DNA of 64,000 bases. Origin: Octopus bimaculoides (taxonomy: Eukaryota). A program made the translations under genes and the position numbers. This document shows positions 1-12,645 of the stretch, one piece after another. The notes below the pieces were generated by a model, which saw only the letters and a list, made by a program, of their open reading frames with translations, ran no database searches and was not told the origin of the DNA. How positions within the stretch are numbered: the first letter of the stretch is position 1; each line of letters begins with the position of its first letter. The DNA lies in contig NC_068982.1 of NCBI RefSeq assembly GCF_001194135.2, forward strand, positions 66,083,213 to 66,147,212, written 5' to 3'.

Positions 1-199
1 ATATATATATATATATATATATATATAATGTATTTACCATTGTATACAACGTTTTTCTTCCCTTTGCTCTTGAAATATATATCGTAGCAAATCTATTTTT
101 CTGGTTATATTTACCCTCGTTACATTTCTCAAAATCACATTAAAGAAGCACACACAAACACACATATATGTATATATCGGTACTCCTCGATTTGAAGCT

Positions 200-931
200 A
201 TGGTTATCTTTAACTGGTCAAACAATTACCGCAATGTCCTTCGTCTTTCTCTGGAAATTAGGATTGTACTATGCACTAGAACAGTTTCCTCTTATTTTCT
301 CCTGGTACTCACTGCGGTCGTTCCCGGGTGATATAGTAGCTATTATATTATCAACATACAAAATGTTTCCACCCTTAAAACATGATGAAACTTTGTCCAC
401 TCTTGTTATTTCACACGTCCTTAATTATTGCTATGACTGCTGGTCGTTACCGGCTTTATGTATAATAGCTAGTTTAATGGGTTTGTTTGTTTTGTTTTGC
501 CGTTTCTTAATAGGTGAACGTTAAATATCTGGGCGTACCTGACTTCCAACTAGTTTCAGGTCAATTGTTTACACGCACATAACATTATTATTATTATTAT
601 AGATTCGTAGGACATTATACGATGTACAATTTTTAAGACATTTTTCTTTTGTTTTGAGCGTGATTTGGCTATTACTTCTAGCAGGTTGAGCGACCACACA
701 ATTTCCCTCCTTAACTCAAAGCTGTTAATATTTGAAGTTTGCTCTGAGACACCAGACGTTTTAAAAAATATTGTCCGGTATGCTTTTCATCGTATGATAC
801 TAATAGTAGCACATAAAACATAGGCAGAGGTAAAGAATACGCACACTACCCGTTTTCGGCGTAACAAAAACCCTACCCTAAATCCTAACTTTGACCCTAA
901 ACACCAGGTGTGCGTATTCTTTACTTTTGCC

Positions 932-972
<41 letters not shown>

Positions 973-1260
973 NNNNNNNNNNGCTGATAGTTAGCAAGGT
1001 GAGACACACATAAGAAAGAAGGAAACAAAGGACCACTGATGAGGTCACAGAAGTGTGACGAAAGAACTCTGGCCGAAATAAGATTAAGATTAATGTAATA
1101 TAAAGCTGAAGCAAATTAACACCAAATATACAGTGCGTGTGTTTTTATTGACTAAACTGGCAATATGACCATCCCCAAGTACAACTAAACATGAGAACAT
1201 TGATCATCTAATATGATGTTAGACGCACAACACACATTGCGTCTGTCAAGACGTGTTGTC
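200..1260. promoter_or_regulatory. CpG-retaining region, candidate CPT1 promoter or non-coding first exon
   Basis: CpG is visibly more frequent here than in the gene body (by eye). Coding exon 1 has a splice acceptor, so an upstream exon must exist. A possible donor CG|GTATGC lies at 778. Confidence 0.3.
823..931. mobile_element. Short MITE-like element with terminal inverted repeats
   Basis: Perfect 17-bp inverted core gtaaagaatacgcacac (830-846) / gtgtgcgtattctttac (908-924), extending imperfectly to ggca...tgcc; the interior has ccctaa-like units. Confidence 0.6.
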
Positions 1261-1384
1261 AGGTAATAGCCCAGTGGCCTAATATAATTTGACAGTTTTT
1301 TCACCCTTGTACTGTGTTCTAGAGTAAGTGATCAACAAGATATTAATATTTAAAGATCACCTACTTTATCCAATATTGATTTCA

Positions 1385-1780
1385 AATTTTGGCACAAGAC
1401 CAGCAATTCCGTTGGGAGAGGGAGTAAGTTGATTACATTGACCCAATGTTCAACTGGTACTTATTTTGTCGACTCCGAAAGGATGAAAAGCGAAGTCAAC
1501 ATTGGCGGAATTTTGACTCAGAATGGTATCGCTTAGCATTTTGTCCTGAGTGCCAGCTTTCCACCTTGATACTTTGTCTAATATTGATTTCAGATTTTGG
1601 CACAAGGCCAGCAGTTTTGGGGAAGGGAAAAAGTCGATTTCATCTACTCCAGTATTTCACTGGTACTTATTTTATCGACCCCGAAAGGATGAAAGGCAAA
1701 GTCGACCTCGGTGAAATTTGAACACAAATTTACCACTAAAGTATTGGTTCTCACTCACTGGACCAACAAAATGCAAAATC
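1385..1780 (-). mobile_element. Two tandem copies of SINE family D (aagtaccag / gtcgacctcgg module)
   Basis: Reverse-complement matches to the copy at 27685-27914; CpGs well preserved. Confidence 0.75.
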
Positions 1781-2699
1781 TTGTTTGAAATTTCTCTCTT
1801 CTTCTCNNNNNNNNNNNNNNNNNNNNNNNNNNNNNNNNNNNNNNNNNNNNNNNNNNNNNNNNNNNNNNNNNNNNNNNNNNNNNNNNNNNNNNNNNNNNNN
1901 NNNNNNNNNNNNNNNNNNNNNNNNNCCCCCGCCTCTTTCTCTCTCTCTTTCCTTTTCTCTTTTCCCCGTTCTCGTTTACTCTTATCCTCTCTTTTCCCCC
2001 TTTTCGTTTCCTCTTTCTCTTTTCCTCTCCCTCTTCTCACTCTCTCTCTCTCTTGCGCGTCCTTTTCTTTTAATACTTTTCTCTTCTTTCCTGCTGTCAT
2101 TTTTTGCTTTTATTTCCTTTTAAACATACTATCAATAAATTATGTGTACATACGTACATGCATGCATGTATGTTTTTTTTTTTTTCTTACATATCTGAAA
2201 GATTTTCCTTTAAAATGGGTGTGAATGTGTTGTTGCAAGTACATACACGTAACATTCTCAATAAAATCTTGGTTCCTACATGATGTATTACAAATTTATA
2301 GAAATAAGTACAGTGTAGGTTAATATGTTGTGTGTTGCTAGCAGGAGATTTTGCTGTTTGCCCCAGTTAATATCAAGTGATGCACTTTTTCACTGAATCA
2401 CTATCCTTCTGCGTAGAATTGTACTATATCCTGCTTTTAAGCCTATCTTTATCTCTAACAGTGTCCTTGATGAAGTGTAAACATTTTTTTCTTTTATTTG
2501 ATCTTTCTCACATCATCTACATTTTAATATTTGTTCTTTTTCTAGGCTGGTATAGATTGGACTGGTATATTATACTCTAGCTTTCCAAGAATCTCCATCT
2601 TGTGTTATCATTTAAGGCATTATCAGATGTAACCACTTCTCAAAGTCCTCCTTGGCCTATATTTGCCAGAGGTGATCCTCTACTATCAATTCATTTTTC

Positions 2700-3485
2700 T
2701 AAATACAATCTCTCCAATATAATTGCTACAGATGAGACTGCAGTATTTATGGGCCAAGGATCTAAAACAACAATTGAACAGACAAGTGCCTCATCAATAT
2801 GGGTTGATTTAACTATGCCACTTGTTTTACATGGTTCTCAAAGAGGTCTTTTAGCCTGGGATTCGGCCAGTACTCATCGTGTAAAAGATATGAAAACCTT
2901 TCTTTCTGGAAGAAGAATTGACCACTTAATGATTCCCTCAGGAATGACTTCATATCTACAAACATTAGATCTTGTAATAAACAAGCCCTTCAAGGATTAT
3001 TTGCAGATGGAAGTGAATGAATATATCAAACATAGAATGGAGAGAAATCAGTGTGGAAACTTTGTCAAACCCAACCTCCAAGAAGAAGTGAATTGGGTGA
3101 AGAATTCATAGAATAAAATTACTGACAGTTGTGTTGCCTATGCACTATGAGCAGGGTACTTGGACAAAAAAGTGTTCATTTAAGGAAAGTTATATTGCCA
3201 AACATGAGAGATTGGGGTCCATGATTCTACAGGAAATGGAATTGCAAGAAATCCAGTCTGAAGTTTGGGGTTTAATGATTTATAACGATGTTCCAGAAGA
3301 GGACGAAATGTTTGTACTTGACTAAAAACAATAAGCAAATAAACAAACTTTTGATAACTAAAAACATGAGTTTCCTTTTTACAATTTTTTCCTTTTATAC
3401 GAGGACATGAGACTTTTTTGTCTTTCTTGGATTTTTTTCTGCAAAAATATAAGACATCCCCCCGCCCCAAAATAAGCCCCAGTGG
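2700..3485 (+). mobile_element. pogo-family (DDE_1) DNA transposon remnant
   Basis: NIIATDETAVFM, LLAWDSASTH, MIPSGMTSYLQTLDLVINKPFKDYL; internal deletion and stop codons; subterminal aagacatcc...aaaataagccc motif. Confidence 0.85.
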
Positions 3486-3740
3486 TATAATTGTGCAGTA
3501 GATGTGTCCATATATATATATACTTTCAACTATGTTACCCTCAAATACCTTTCTCCAACAAAGGGTCTTGTTCAAGCTGTTAGAATACTCTTCTCCTCAT
3601 GATTGTATGTGTATGACCATGTATATGTGAGACTTGCTCTTTCTGTTTTCTGTAAAACAACTGAGCTAAGTTATTATTGTTAATTCAGTTCAAAATGGAC
3701 AGATTTCTTCAACCCTCCGAACTTTGACGTTGAGCAAGCT

Positions 3741-4017
3741 TTGACAACTGCTTCACACATTTACAACATTGACAACTGCTTCACACACTTACAGCATTGA
3801 CAACTGCTTCACACACTTACAACATTGACAACTGCTTCACACACTTACAACATTGACAACTGCTTCACACACTTACAACATTGACAACTGCTTCACACAC
3901 TTACAACATTGACAACTGCTTCACACATTTACAACATGGACAACTGCTTCACACATTTACAACATGGACAACTGCTTCACACATTTACAACATGGACAAC
4001 TGCTTCACACATTTACA
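3741..4017. repeat. 28-bp minisatellite, about 10 copies
   Basis: Unit ttgacaactgcttcacacacttacaaca starting at 3741 and every 28 nt thereafter; head-to-tail with no spacers. Confidence 0.95.
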
Positions 4018-4044
4018 TTTTTCATGATCAACAAGGTACCAGAA

Positions 4045-4900
4045 ATTTCAAATCCACAATCTTAGCTGTACATTATCAGTTGAGGCAAATACATTTAATG
4101 TGGCTTTGGTGGTTACTCCTTCCCAGGGTCAGCCTTAGCTCTCTTTTCACATTAACATAACATAAATGGAAGACAATGTCCTGTTATTGAAAAAGAAGTA
4201 GCAGTTATTATCAAAAGTCTATATTTATGGAAACAATTTATCCTACTGACTACTCACCAATCAATATCATTTATGTTTCTGCCTTCAACTAAATCCACGA
4301 TAAAGAATGATATGACTGCCCACAATGAGCAAGACTATATTGTTTTACAATGTTAATCAATCTTGTCCTGGAAGAGATAATATCTCTGCAGATTCTCTCA
4401 CAGAGATCCAGTGCTGTAGATTACTTCCTGATATATTCACACTTTGTTACTCTGGGGAACAACATGTATTCTATCAAAACAAATACTCTTTCCTTTTTAT
4501 TGACAATCTCAACCAAATCTGCAATTTTATGTTTGGAAAATTTGATCAAGGCTACACAGCTATTCAAACAACTGAGTTTGGGCTTTATCAGTCCAAAACA
4601 TTCATCTACTTATAGATTTATTGGCAATCATCAGTGATACATATTTGCATATACCATAATGGACAGCTTTGGCTTCTTTAGCTTTAATTCACTTTGAACA
4701 AGGGGCTTAATTTATGAGCCATAAATTAGCTACTTTTCTCACTCAACATAAAATTGCAAGAGACTAAAACCACCTCCCATTGGCCTGGCGGGAATGGAGA
4801 AGGTGAGAGGTTTCATTAGGTGTTTTTGAAAGTCTGTACACTGATTTCCAGCTAGCAAGAATCTACCATAATCAAACTGGGAGAAGTTCTACCAAAGATT
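4045..4900 (+). mobile_element. Gypsy-type LTR retrotransposon pol remnant (RNase H to integrase)
   Basis: Frameshifted motifs in Gypsy order: PVIEKEVAVIIKSLYLWKQF (4180), CPGRDNISADSLT (4364), LIKATQLFKQLSLGF (about 4543), TKTTSHWPGGNGEGERF (4764). Confidence 0.75.
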
Positions 4901-6259
4901 CCACCTCACCAAGCCACTTGTTATTGACATGTACCAGTCACCCTTACCATTTATCCATCTCTATTACTATCCATCCTTCTCTCACCCCCTCTACCACCCT
5001 CTCACTCCCTTCACCTGTACATCCTGATTCTTTTGTTAATGCTCTCTACATTTTACCTTTTCAGCCACATGGCCATGAGCAAATAAACTCATCATTGAGG
5101 GTGAGGACTTTAATCTTATGGAGTACAAGGCAGCCCTACCAATGTTGGTGCCATGATAAAATGTACTCAGTTGTGAATGAACAATGAAACAAGTGATATC
5201 AAGAGAACTCTTAATCTTGTCAAGGACATGACAACCTCTTGAGTCCTGGTCCACAATAAGATGCACCCAGTACACTATATAAAGTAGTTGGTGAGAGGAA
5301 GGGCATCTAGCTGTAGCTCATTAGCAAGTGTCTTCTATAGTCCAGGGCTGACCCAAGTCTTGTGAATGGATTTGGTAAATGAAAATTGAAAGAAGTATGT
5401 GTGTGTGTGTGTGTGTGAGCGACAGAGAGAATGTTTGTATGTACTCTTGTCTTGATCTATCATACATGCAATGCTGTACATTTCCAGTCTTCCATGAAAA
5501 ATATGTTTGGGCATTGGTAAATTATCTTCTTGGCAGCAAGAAGGACATCCAGCTATAGAAAATCTACCTCAACAAATTCTGATACATGCCAGCATGGAAA
5601 AGTGCACATTGAATGTGATGATGATAGTCAGGATATAGTGTCTGCAATTTTTGTATTAGTTCAGTATAAATGTTTTCTATTCCTTAAGTTAACAGCTGCT
5701 GGACAACTGGCTTCTACTGTTCTTATATATTTTTTTTTGTTTGTCCCAGCTTATATATAGTTTGTTATGCTTATGTTTTACAGAAATTTTGGCAGGAACA
5801 TTCCAACTGTATTCTTTCATTTTATGAATACCCCCACCCCCACCTATACACACACATCACTGTGATATATATTTATATCTTTAGGACTATACTTGCCTGG
5901 TATTTTGACCACTATGTCATGCCTCATAAGTAGATAGTGTTATGTTGGCATATTCAAATAGTTGCATAAGATCTCACATCTTGGTGTTTTACTTTCACCA
6001 CTATCCCTTTTTGTGCATCAGGTATTTTGTTGATATTTCCTGTTCCTGAACTGCAAAAGTATAACTGTTGAAAGTGGGAGCTGTTAGTCCAAGAAAGACT
6101 ACTCTGATTATATATGTTACTGAAGTTTTCTTACATAGCCATGTATGTATGGTGTATTTATGAAACCGTTGATATTTGTAATATTTGTTTTGTTTTCATT
6201 ATTCTATCATTATATTTATGTATTTCTTTTCAGGTTTGCTCATTTCATAAACTGTTGTG

Positions 6260-6400
6260 ATGGCTGAAGCACACTCAGCAGTTGCATTCTCCTTCAGTGT
6301 GACTTCTGAAGGTCTCGATGTTAATGTCAACCGAGAGGTACTGGGCCTTATTTTCAAGAGTGGTGTCACATCATGGAAAAAACGTTTAGGAAGATTCAAA
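6260..6400 (+). CDS. CPT1: CPT1 coding exon 1 (exon starts at 6234 with 26 nt of 5' UTR)
   Basis: MAEAHSAVAFSFSVTSEGLDVNVNREVLGLIFKSGVTSWKKRLGRFK; acceptor tttcag at 6233, donor gtaaga at 6401; 47 codons, as in vertebrate CPT1A. Confidence 0.97.
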
Positions 6401-6865
6401 GTAAGATATTGCTTTAGCTAAACTATTTTAGTTGTTTCTTCTGTTAATATATGTGTGTCTGTCTGTCTATTTCACCTACTTGCTTTCTCCCACCCTCTCT
6501 TATCTCTTTACATTCTGAATTCAAGTCTTTCCTGTGTTCTCTGGCTTCTATAAGATATCCCTCTATTGCTAAAATGTTCCTGCTGCCTAAAGAATAAATA
6601 TTCCATTTAGGTGATAAAGTTGTTATTGTTTTGTCCAAAGATGTCTTTAATTCTGCAGACCTATAGTCAAAAGAGTTCTAGATGTTAACTATCTTGTCTT
6701 TTACTCAGAGATAATGTATGTAAGACTACATTATCCATTTGTGACTGTTAATAAAGTGACATTTGAGGGAGATTTCTAATAGATTGCACAATTACAAAGA
6801 GGTTCCTTTCATTACTATTTACTTATTGTTTGCTTGGCAATCAATCAATTACCTACCCAATGGTC

Positions 6866-6913
<48 letters not shown>

Positions 6914-7049
6914 ACAATTATATAGTATATTCTGTAAAATCTGTCACTTCATATTTTTACATTTGCATAATAAAAGATGGTGATTAAATTCATCATCATT
7001 TTATACCTGTTTTCCATGCTTGCATTGGTTGGACATGTCTTCTCCAGCC

Positions 7050-7330
7050 TGCCATCTCTTCTCAATGCATGCTAGTTATTGCGGCTTATTGTTTGCTAAG
7101 AACTTTTCTTATAGTTGTCTGTCTTGGAAGATATGTGTACTACTCTTTCTTGGCACAAACCTGAATTGCATCTCATCAAGGCTAATTTTCTTCCTAATTA
7201 GTTCTGCACTATGTCTTTCCATTACTTTCATGACTTGGTCCATTTAGTTTGGTGCCTCTATAGTTTCTTTCTGGAGCGTCTCTTTTGCTTTTATAGCAGT
7301 TAACGGTGACACTATTATGCCAGTTATTGG
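7050..7330 (-). mobile_element. RTE-clade LINE reverse transcriptase fragment
   Basis: Minus strand, with frameshifts: NCYKSKRDAPER / NYRG / DQVMKVMER / ISLDEMQFRFVPRKSST. Confidence 0.7.
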
Positions 7331-9869
7331 GATTGACTCCTAGTAATACCTGATTGACATTGTGAATGATCTATCACTGATGATCTGGCTTCTTCCCTTG
7401 CCTTCATACCCTTAATAGCTGTTTTAACTTATTAGCTATCAAGTGTGTTTGAACTACTCATCTAACTTAACACTTAACATTTAATCTAGCTTTGAGTAAT
7501 AGCTACCAGGCATTTTCTGGACAATTTATCTGTAGTAGGTTAGTCTCCTACCCAGACTTTTTAAAATCTTATTCACTTAATCATTTCATAACCATATTTC
7601 CAATTAAGTTTCAAATACTTTTTCAAAATAATCAAGAATTCAGAAAGGTTTGGTAAATTAACTGTGATGTTTTTATTTGTTGGATAAATTTGTTTTTCAG
7701 AAGGCATTTCAATTTGTTGATAAATAGTTGCTTGCTGATATCTCACACCATTTGTTTAATGAGATTGTAATTGAAGATCCAGTTTGAATATGAATATGTT
7801 AATATAACTGATTTCAAATGAGTTGGTGACATGTAATTAGGGGTTTAGGGATTGTCCAAAGTGAGTTGGTTTACTTAGGGCTAGGAGTTGTCTTAAGTGG
7901 CTTGATAAAATAAAACAAGGGGTAGGTTCAGATAAATGGGTAACATCTCAGGTAGGTTGGTAACATGGCTTTAAGGGTGGTCTCCAGTTTATTTTGAAAT
8001 AGGATTAGTGGTGGTCTCAGGATTAATGCTACAGAAATCAAAAGTTAAGTGCTGGTCCTATAAATTCTTCTAATTTGTGAGATGTGTTTATTAGCTCTTT
8101 CAATATCAACCTATATGGGGACTGCTCTGGTTCTGATATAAAACTCTCTTATTTTAAACACTTTGTCATCTTATGTAAAACCCTTTTTGTTAAGTTCATA
8201 ACACCAGCTTAGTAATGAAAAATTCATTTCAGTAAACCTTTCCAAATTCTTGTTTATTTTCAATATTAATTGTCACACTTAGGCCATGTATTTTATAAGA
8301 AATATTTCTATGAAAGGTATGTATATATTTAGGAATTTGTGGATTCTTGCTGTTCAATTTCAGTAATTATTTTTCTCTAGTTGCAATGAATATCAATAAA
8401 AATATGATGATATTTGTCTGACTTAATTGGTAAATTACTTGGTTTCTATTGTTTGCCAAATTTCTATTATGTAAGTAATCTTTTAATCATAAAGTCTACA
8501 TAAATACATCCTATCCCTTTACAAAAATAGGTCAAGTATTAAGATAAAAATGTTTATTATCAATGTTGTTGTTTGTGATAGATATTGTAGGGGTAAGTTT
8601 GTGGTCAACAAAGTCGACTCTTGTTTGAACCGCATTCTTTCATTAACATTTGTAATACTCTGAGGTGAAGTATGAGCTTCACTGTTTTCCAATATTTTTT
8701 CAGCTCTTTAAACTCTCAAGTTTCTACATCTCAGCCACAAACAACCTTTGTTGTTTGATGTTTTCAAACAAAAATGTACTGGGTTCAATCTAAAGACTTC
8801 TTCTTTGACTCCTGCCCCACATTATTATCATTACTATGGTGTAATTCAGAACAGTAGAATGACAGGAATAGTGGAACTCTTGTGATATTTAGGTTGCTTC
8901 AAAATCTGTATTCAAATTCTTTTGGGTTGACATTGTCTTTTATCTCTTCTTATTAGCTCATCTCTCTTTCTCTCTTTCTCCTCCTCTGTTTCTGTCTCTA
9001 TCTGTTTGTCTCTCTCTCTTTCTCCTCCTCTGTTTCTGTCTCTATCTGTCTGCCTGTCTCTCTCTCTCTCTCTCGTTTCATTCTTTAAAAAAAGTGGAAG
9101 GTCTAACACTGCTCAATCTAATTGGGTTTGTAGGTCTAACACTCCACCTGGTTAAATATCAACCACTATCATCACCACCACCTGGTCCTTGAGTTCTCTC
9201 TGTTATAAGTATTCAAACTTGGACTCTGGTTCCCTCTTCACCCATATTTTTTTTCCTGTAGATATTCTCCTACAGATGTTGATAATGTGTATTATCTTCA
9301 TCAGTTTGTCCTGACAACTATAAATCATCAGCATTTTATACCTAATTTTTCATGCAGGCATAGGTTAAATGGTTTTACAATCTGTCATGGTTTTTCATCA
9401 CCTGGCATACAGCAACAGAGAAAAACTAACCAACTCAATTGTTGTATATGTCATTATTTTAGCATGTTTTCACAGACTAGATGTCCTTCTTATACTCAAC
9501 TACTTTATTGCATGAACTGAGTACATTTTATTGTACTACCAGCACTAGAGAAGTTGTCCTCAGTAAGACTAAAGAGTCTACCTACCTTATGTTGTCTCCA
9601 TTTGTTCCATATCAAAAATAGAACCCAAACTTCATTTTAATGAATAGGCTTCATAGACAGAAAATGCTTCATTCAGTTCTGAGCAGTTATGTTATAGTGC
9701 ATTTGAACACTCTACAACAGTCTCATTATTATTATTTTTTTTTTTTTACAAGGCACAAATGCACATCATAGTGGAGCAGTGTTTGCTTTTTCTAAGATTG
9801 TGATAGTTTCAATAATAACTATTCCAGTGTCTAATTTATCGAACTGCAACATTTAAACAACCTTTTCCA

Positions 9870-10155
9870 CATTTAGTGGTCACAGCTCTAATACATGGAC
9901 ATGTGATCAGAATATTGCAGGAAAGAATTGCAAGATGTATTCTTCATGACAAGCCAAATGGCAGGAGACTTAGTGGTCGATCATGAATGGAATTGTTGGA
10001 TAATACCTATAGTTGCAGCTGGTTATGCTTGGGAATCCAGCTGGAAAGTATAATGACAGTTGCTTCTAATAGGATACTATGGAGGAGGTGTCTGTGAAGG
10101 CTCTACCACCGCAACTTCACCAAGAATAGGGGTCACAGAAGATGCATGGATGGAC
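9870..10155 (+). mobile_element. RTE-like LINE 3' end fragment
   Basis: HGHVIRILQERIARCILHDKPNGRRLSGRS* followed by a gatgcatggatgga tail. Confidence 0.5.
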
Positions 10156-10375
10156 CTTTATTTTCTGTAATTTCTAGATCATCTTATTCTACTGATAATT
10201 ATGATCAAAGTTTCTCATTGTAAGTGCGTTGTGTGGTTAAGATGTTTCTTTCCAAGCCCTGTGGTTTCAGATTCAGTCTCTGTGCAAGGCACCTTGGCAA
10301 GTGTTTTCTGCCCCAGCCTCAGTTCAACCAAAGCTTTGTGAGTGGATTTGGTGGAGGGAAGCCGAAAGAAGCTTG

Positions 10376-10440
<65 letters not shown>

Positions 10441-10807
10441 TGTCTCTCTCTCTCTCTCTTTTGTATTGAAAATGTGGTAGTTGTAAATGAACATCACCTT
10501 CATACAAGTGATGTGTTTGTTTTGAATATTTCATGGAAACATGTCTAGAAAATATTATCTTATTTGAAATAATTGAGGGTTGGTGAGAAGGAGGGCTTTC
10601 AGCCACAGAAAATGTGTCCCAGTGAATTTTGTCTGACCCATGCAAGCATGGAAAAATGGATATCAAAACAATGATAGAAAATGATGACAGTGGACACAAT
10701 CAGAATTTGAACTTGAAACTCTAGAGGTTCTTTGATAATAATTAATCTTCCATCTGTTTTCTCTTTGTAACATATGAAAATAATAATGCTTTACTTTATC
10801 ATTTCAG

Positions 10808-10944
10808 AATACATTCCGTACAGGTATCTACCCTGTCACACCTATGGGACTTGGGTTTATTGTTACACTAATAGCTTCTATGAAAGCAAAGAACTTTGCT
10901 CCAAGAATCACATATTTAGATAATATAGCAGACACCCTCCCAAA
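10808..10944 (+). CDS. CPT1: CPT1 coding exon 2 (TM1 region)
   Basis: NTFRTGIYPVTPMGLGFIVTLIASMKAKNFAPRITYLDNIADTLP+AA; atttcag / gtaagt; ends in phase 2. Confidence 0.93.
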
Positions 10945-11356
10945 GTAAGTAGTTTTGTTTTATCTTTTCCTCTTTGTTGTCTTTGAAATTAATCTTGAAG
11001 TTCATCTGAGAGAACTCCTTAAATTACTGATTTGTTAATTATGAATGCATCATAAATATATAGGTGTGTGTCATTTTGTGTTATTGTTGTCTGGCCCAAG
11101 TCAGTCTTGATTATACATCTGGATGCTCTTGCTGTCACCAACCCTCACCTATTTCCAAGCACAATAATATTTTTCTAGTTTGAATATGTTTTTATGGAAA
11201 TGAATGACACTGGCTGTATGATGGCCAAGATTAGGAGACACGCACATGATGGGCCTCTTTCAGTTTCTACTCTACTGTCATAACTTTGTCCAACAGTTTG
11301 GTATCTCTGATGACTTTAATGTTTTTAATTGGCCATTTTAATTGACTACACTCTCG

Positions 11357-11505
11357 GAGTGGTTGGCATTAGGAAGGGCATCCAGCTGAAGAAACTCTGC
11401 CAGATCAGATTGGAGCCTGGTGCAGCCATCTGGCTTGCCAGTCCTCAGTCAAACCGTCCAACCCATGCCAGCATGGAAGGCGGACGTTAAATGATGATGA
11501 TGATG
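11357..11505 (-). mobile_element. Repeat family C copy (tcatcgtttaacgtccgc... module)
   Basis: Reverse complement of the copy at 11626-11769 and of 22733-23000. Confidence 0.85.
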
Positions 11506-11625
11506 TTCATGACTAGAATGAATGAAATACCCATGTGCAGTAACTGAGTGTCTGTATTGATGAAGTTCGTTTATCATCGTTTAACGTCCGCTTTCCTTGC
11601 TAGCATATACTTGGTTACTATATCC

Positions 11626-11769
11626 TCATCATTGTTTGATGTCTGCTTTCCATGCTGGCATAGGTTGGACAGTTTGACTGAGGACTGGCAAACCAGGAGG
11701 CTGCACCAGGCTCCATTCTGATCTGGCAAGGTTTCTACAGCTGGATGCCCTTCCTAATGCCAACCACTC
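11626..11769 (+). mobile_element. Repeat family C copy
   Basis: tcatcattgtttgatgtctgctttccatgc...ctggatgcccttcctaatgccaaccactc. Confidence 0.85.
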
Positions 11770-12473
11770 TGATTGGAGGAAATTTCTCAGGTATTTGTTC
11801 ATGGAAGTAGTGTAAGGCTGGTTGAGGTGTCATGGTTGTTAGTTGATAATGCTTGTAGGCAGAAAGTTAAGAATTGAAGGGTGGCATCATCTGCATAGAA
11901 AAATGTCTGCAATAACCATAAGAAGCAAACCATTGATATACAGAAGGAAGTTTGTAGGAATCATAACTTTTTGGTATAACCTGCTGATGTAATAAATAGA
12001 GGTAGGGAAAAAATTCCAAAGGGTTGTAGTTCTATGTTGGGAGGCTTGGGGAAAGTGTTTAGCAAAGAGTTTGAAAAATGAGACCAGGCAAGAGTAATGT
12101 ATGGAGAAGTAGTTCCATTAGGTGTATTTGAGTAGAGGTGTATACAGTCTACTGGTTGAGGGATGTTGCATTAGTAATAGAAAATAAAAATAATCATGTC
12201 TAGTTCTTTTTTCAAAGTAATCAGTTTGACTTCTTGGATCTAGTGTTTGCAGACATCAATGAGATGTGACAGTCTGCATGTATACATATGTATGGTAGGT
12301 GTGTAACATGTGGGTAAGGTGTTTCAATACTCACCTGGCACTTGCTATTTAGAGTTCAATATTTCTGTCCATCTGAGGTTGTTCTAGTGTCTAGTTAGGA
12401 AATATTTTGTCACAAATATTTTTATAATTATTAATATTGTAATGGTGTGTTGATGTTTTTTTTATATTTTTAG

Positions 12474-12645
12474 GGTGGACATATACAACAATACAGTTAA
12501 TATATTTGGCAATGTTTTTTATGGTGTTGTTGTCTGTGGAGCTTTTACTTTTGCCATCCGCATGATGCTGAGGGTTTTGTTCACATATCAAAGGTGGATT
12601 TATGAAGTCAGAGGTCCAGTGTCTTTAAGAACCAAAATTTGGCTA
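12474..12645 (+). CDS. CPT1: CPT1 coding exon 3 (TM2 region)
   Basis: G+VDIYNNTVNIFGNVFYGVVVCGAFTFAIRMMLRVLFTYQRWIYEVRGPVSLRTKIWL; ttttag / gtaagt; 172 nt. Confidence 0.95.

Noticed and set aside
168-524. 118-aa hydrophobic ORF as a separate gene
   Set aside because: No recognisable motif; the composition is what T-rich DNA yields by chance. The region is kept only as a candidate promoter or UTR.
1672-2224. Long ORFs in the track such as 1672-2100, 20701-21213, 44282-44617 and 63352-63720
   Set aside because: They are open only because they cross N gaps or microsatellites. 63352-63720 is part of the Tc1 relic.
3741-4017. CRISPR-like array of 28-bp repeats
   Set aside because: Units are head-to-tail with no unique spacers, no cas genes are present and the context is eukaryotic; it is a minisatellite.
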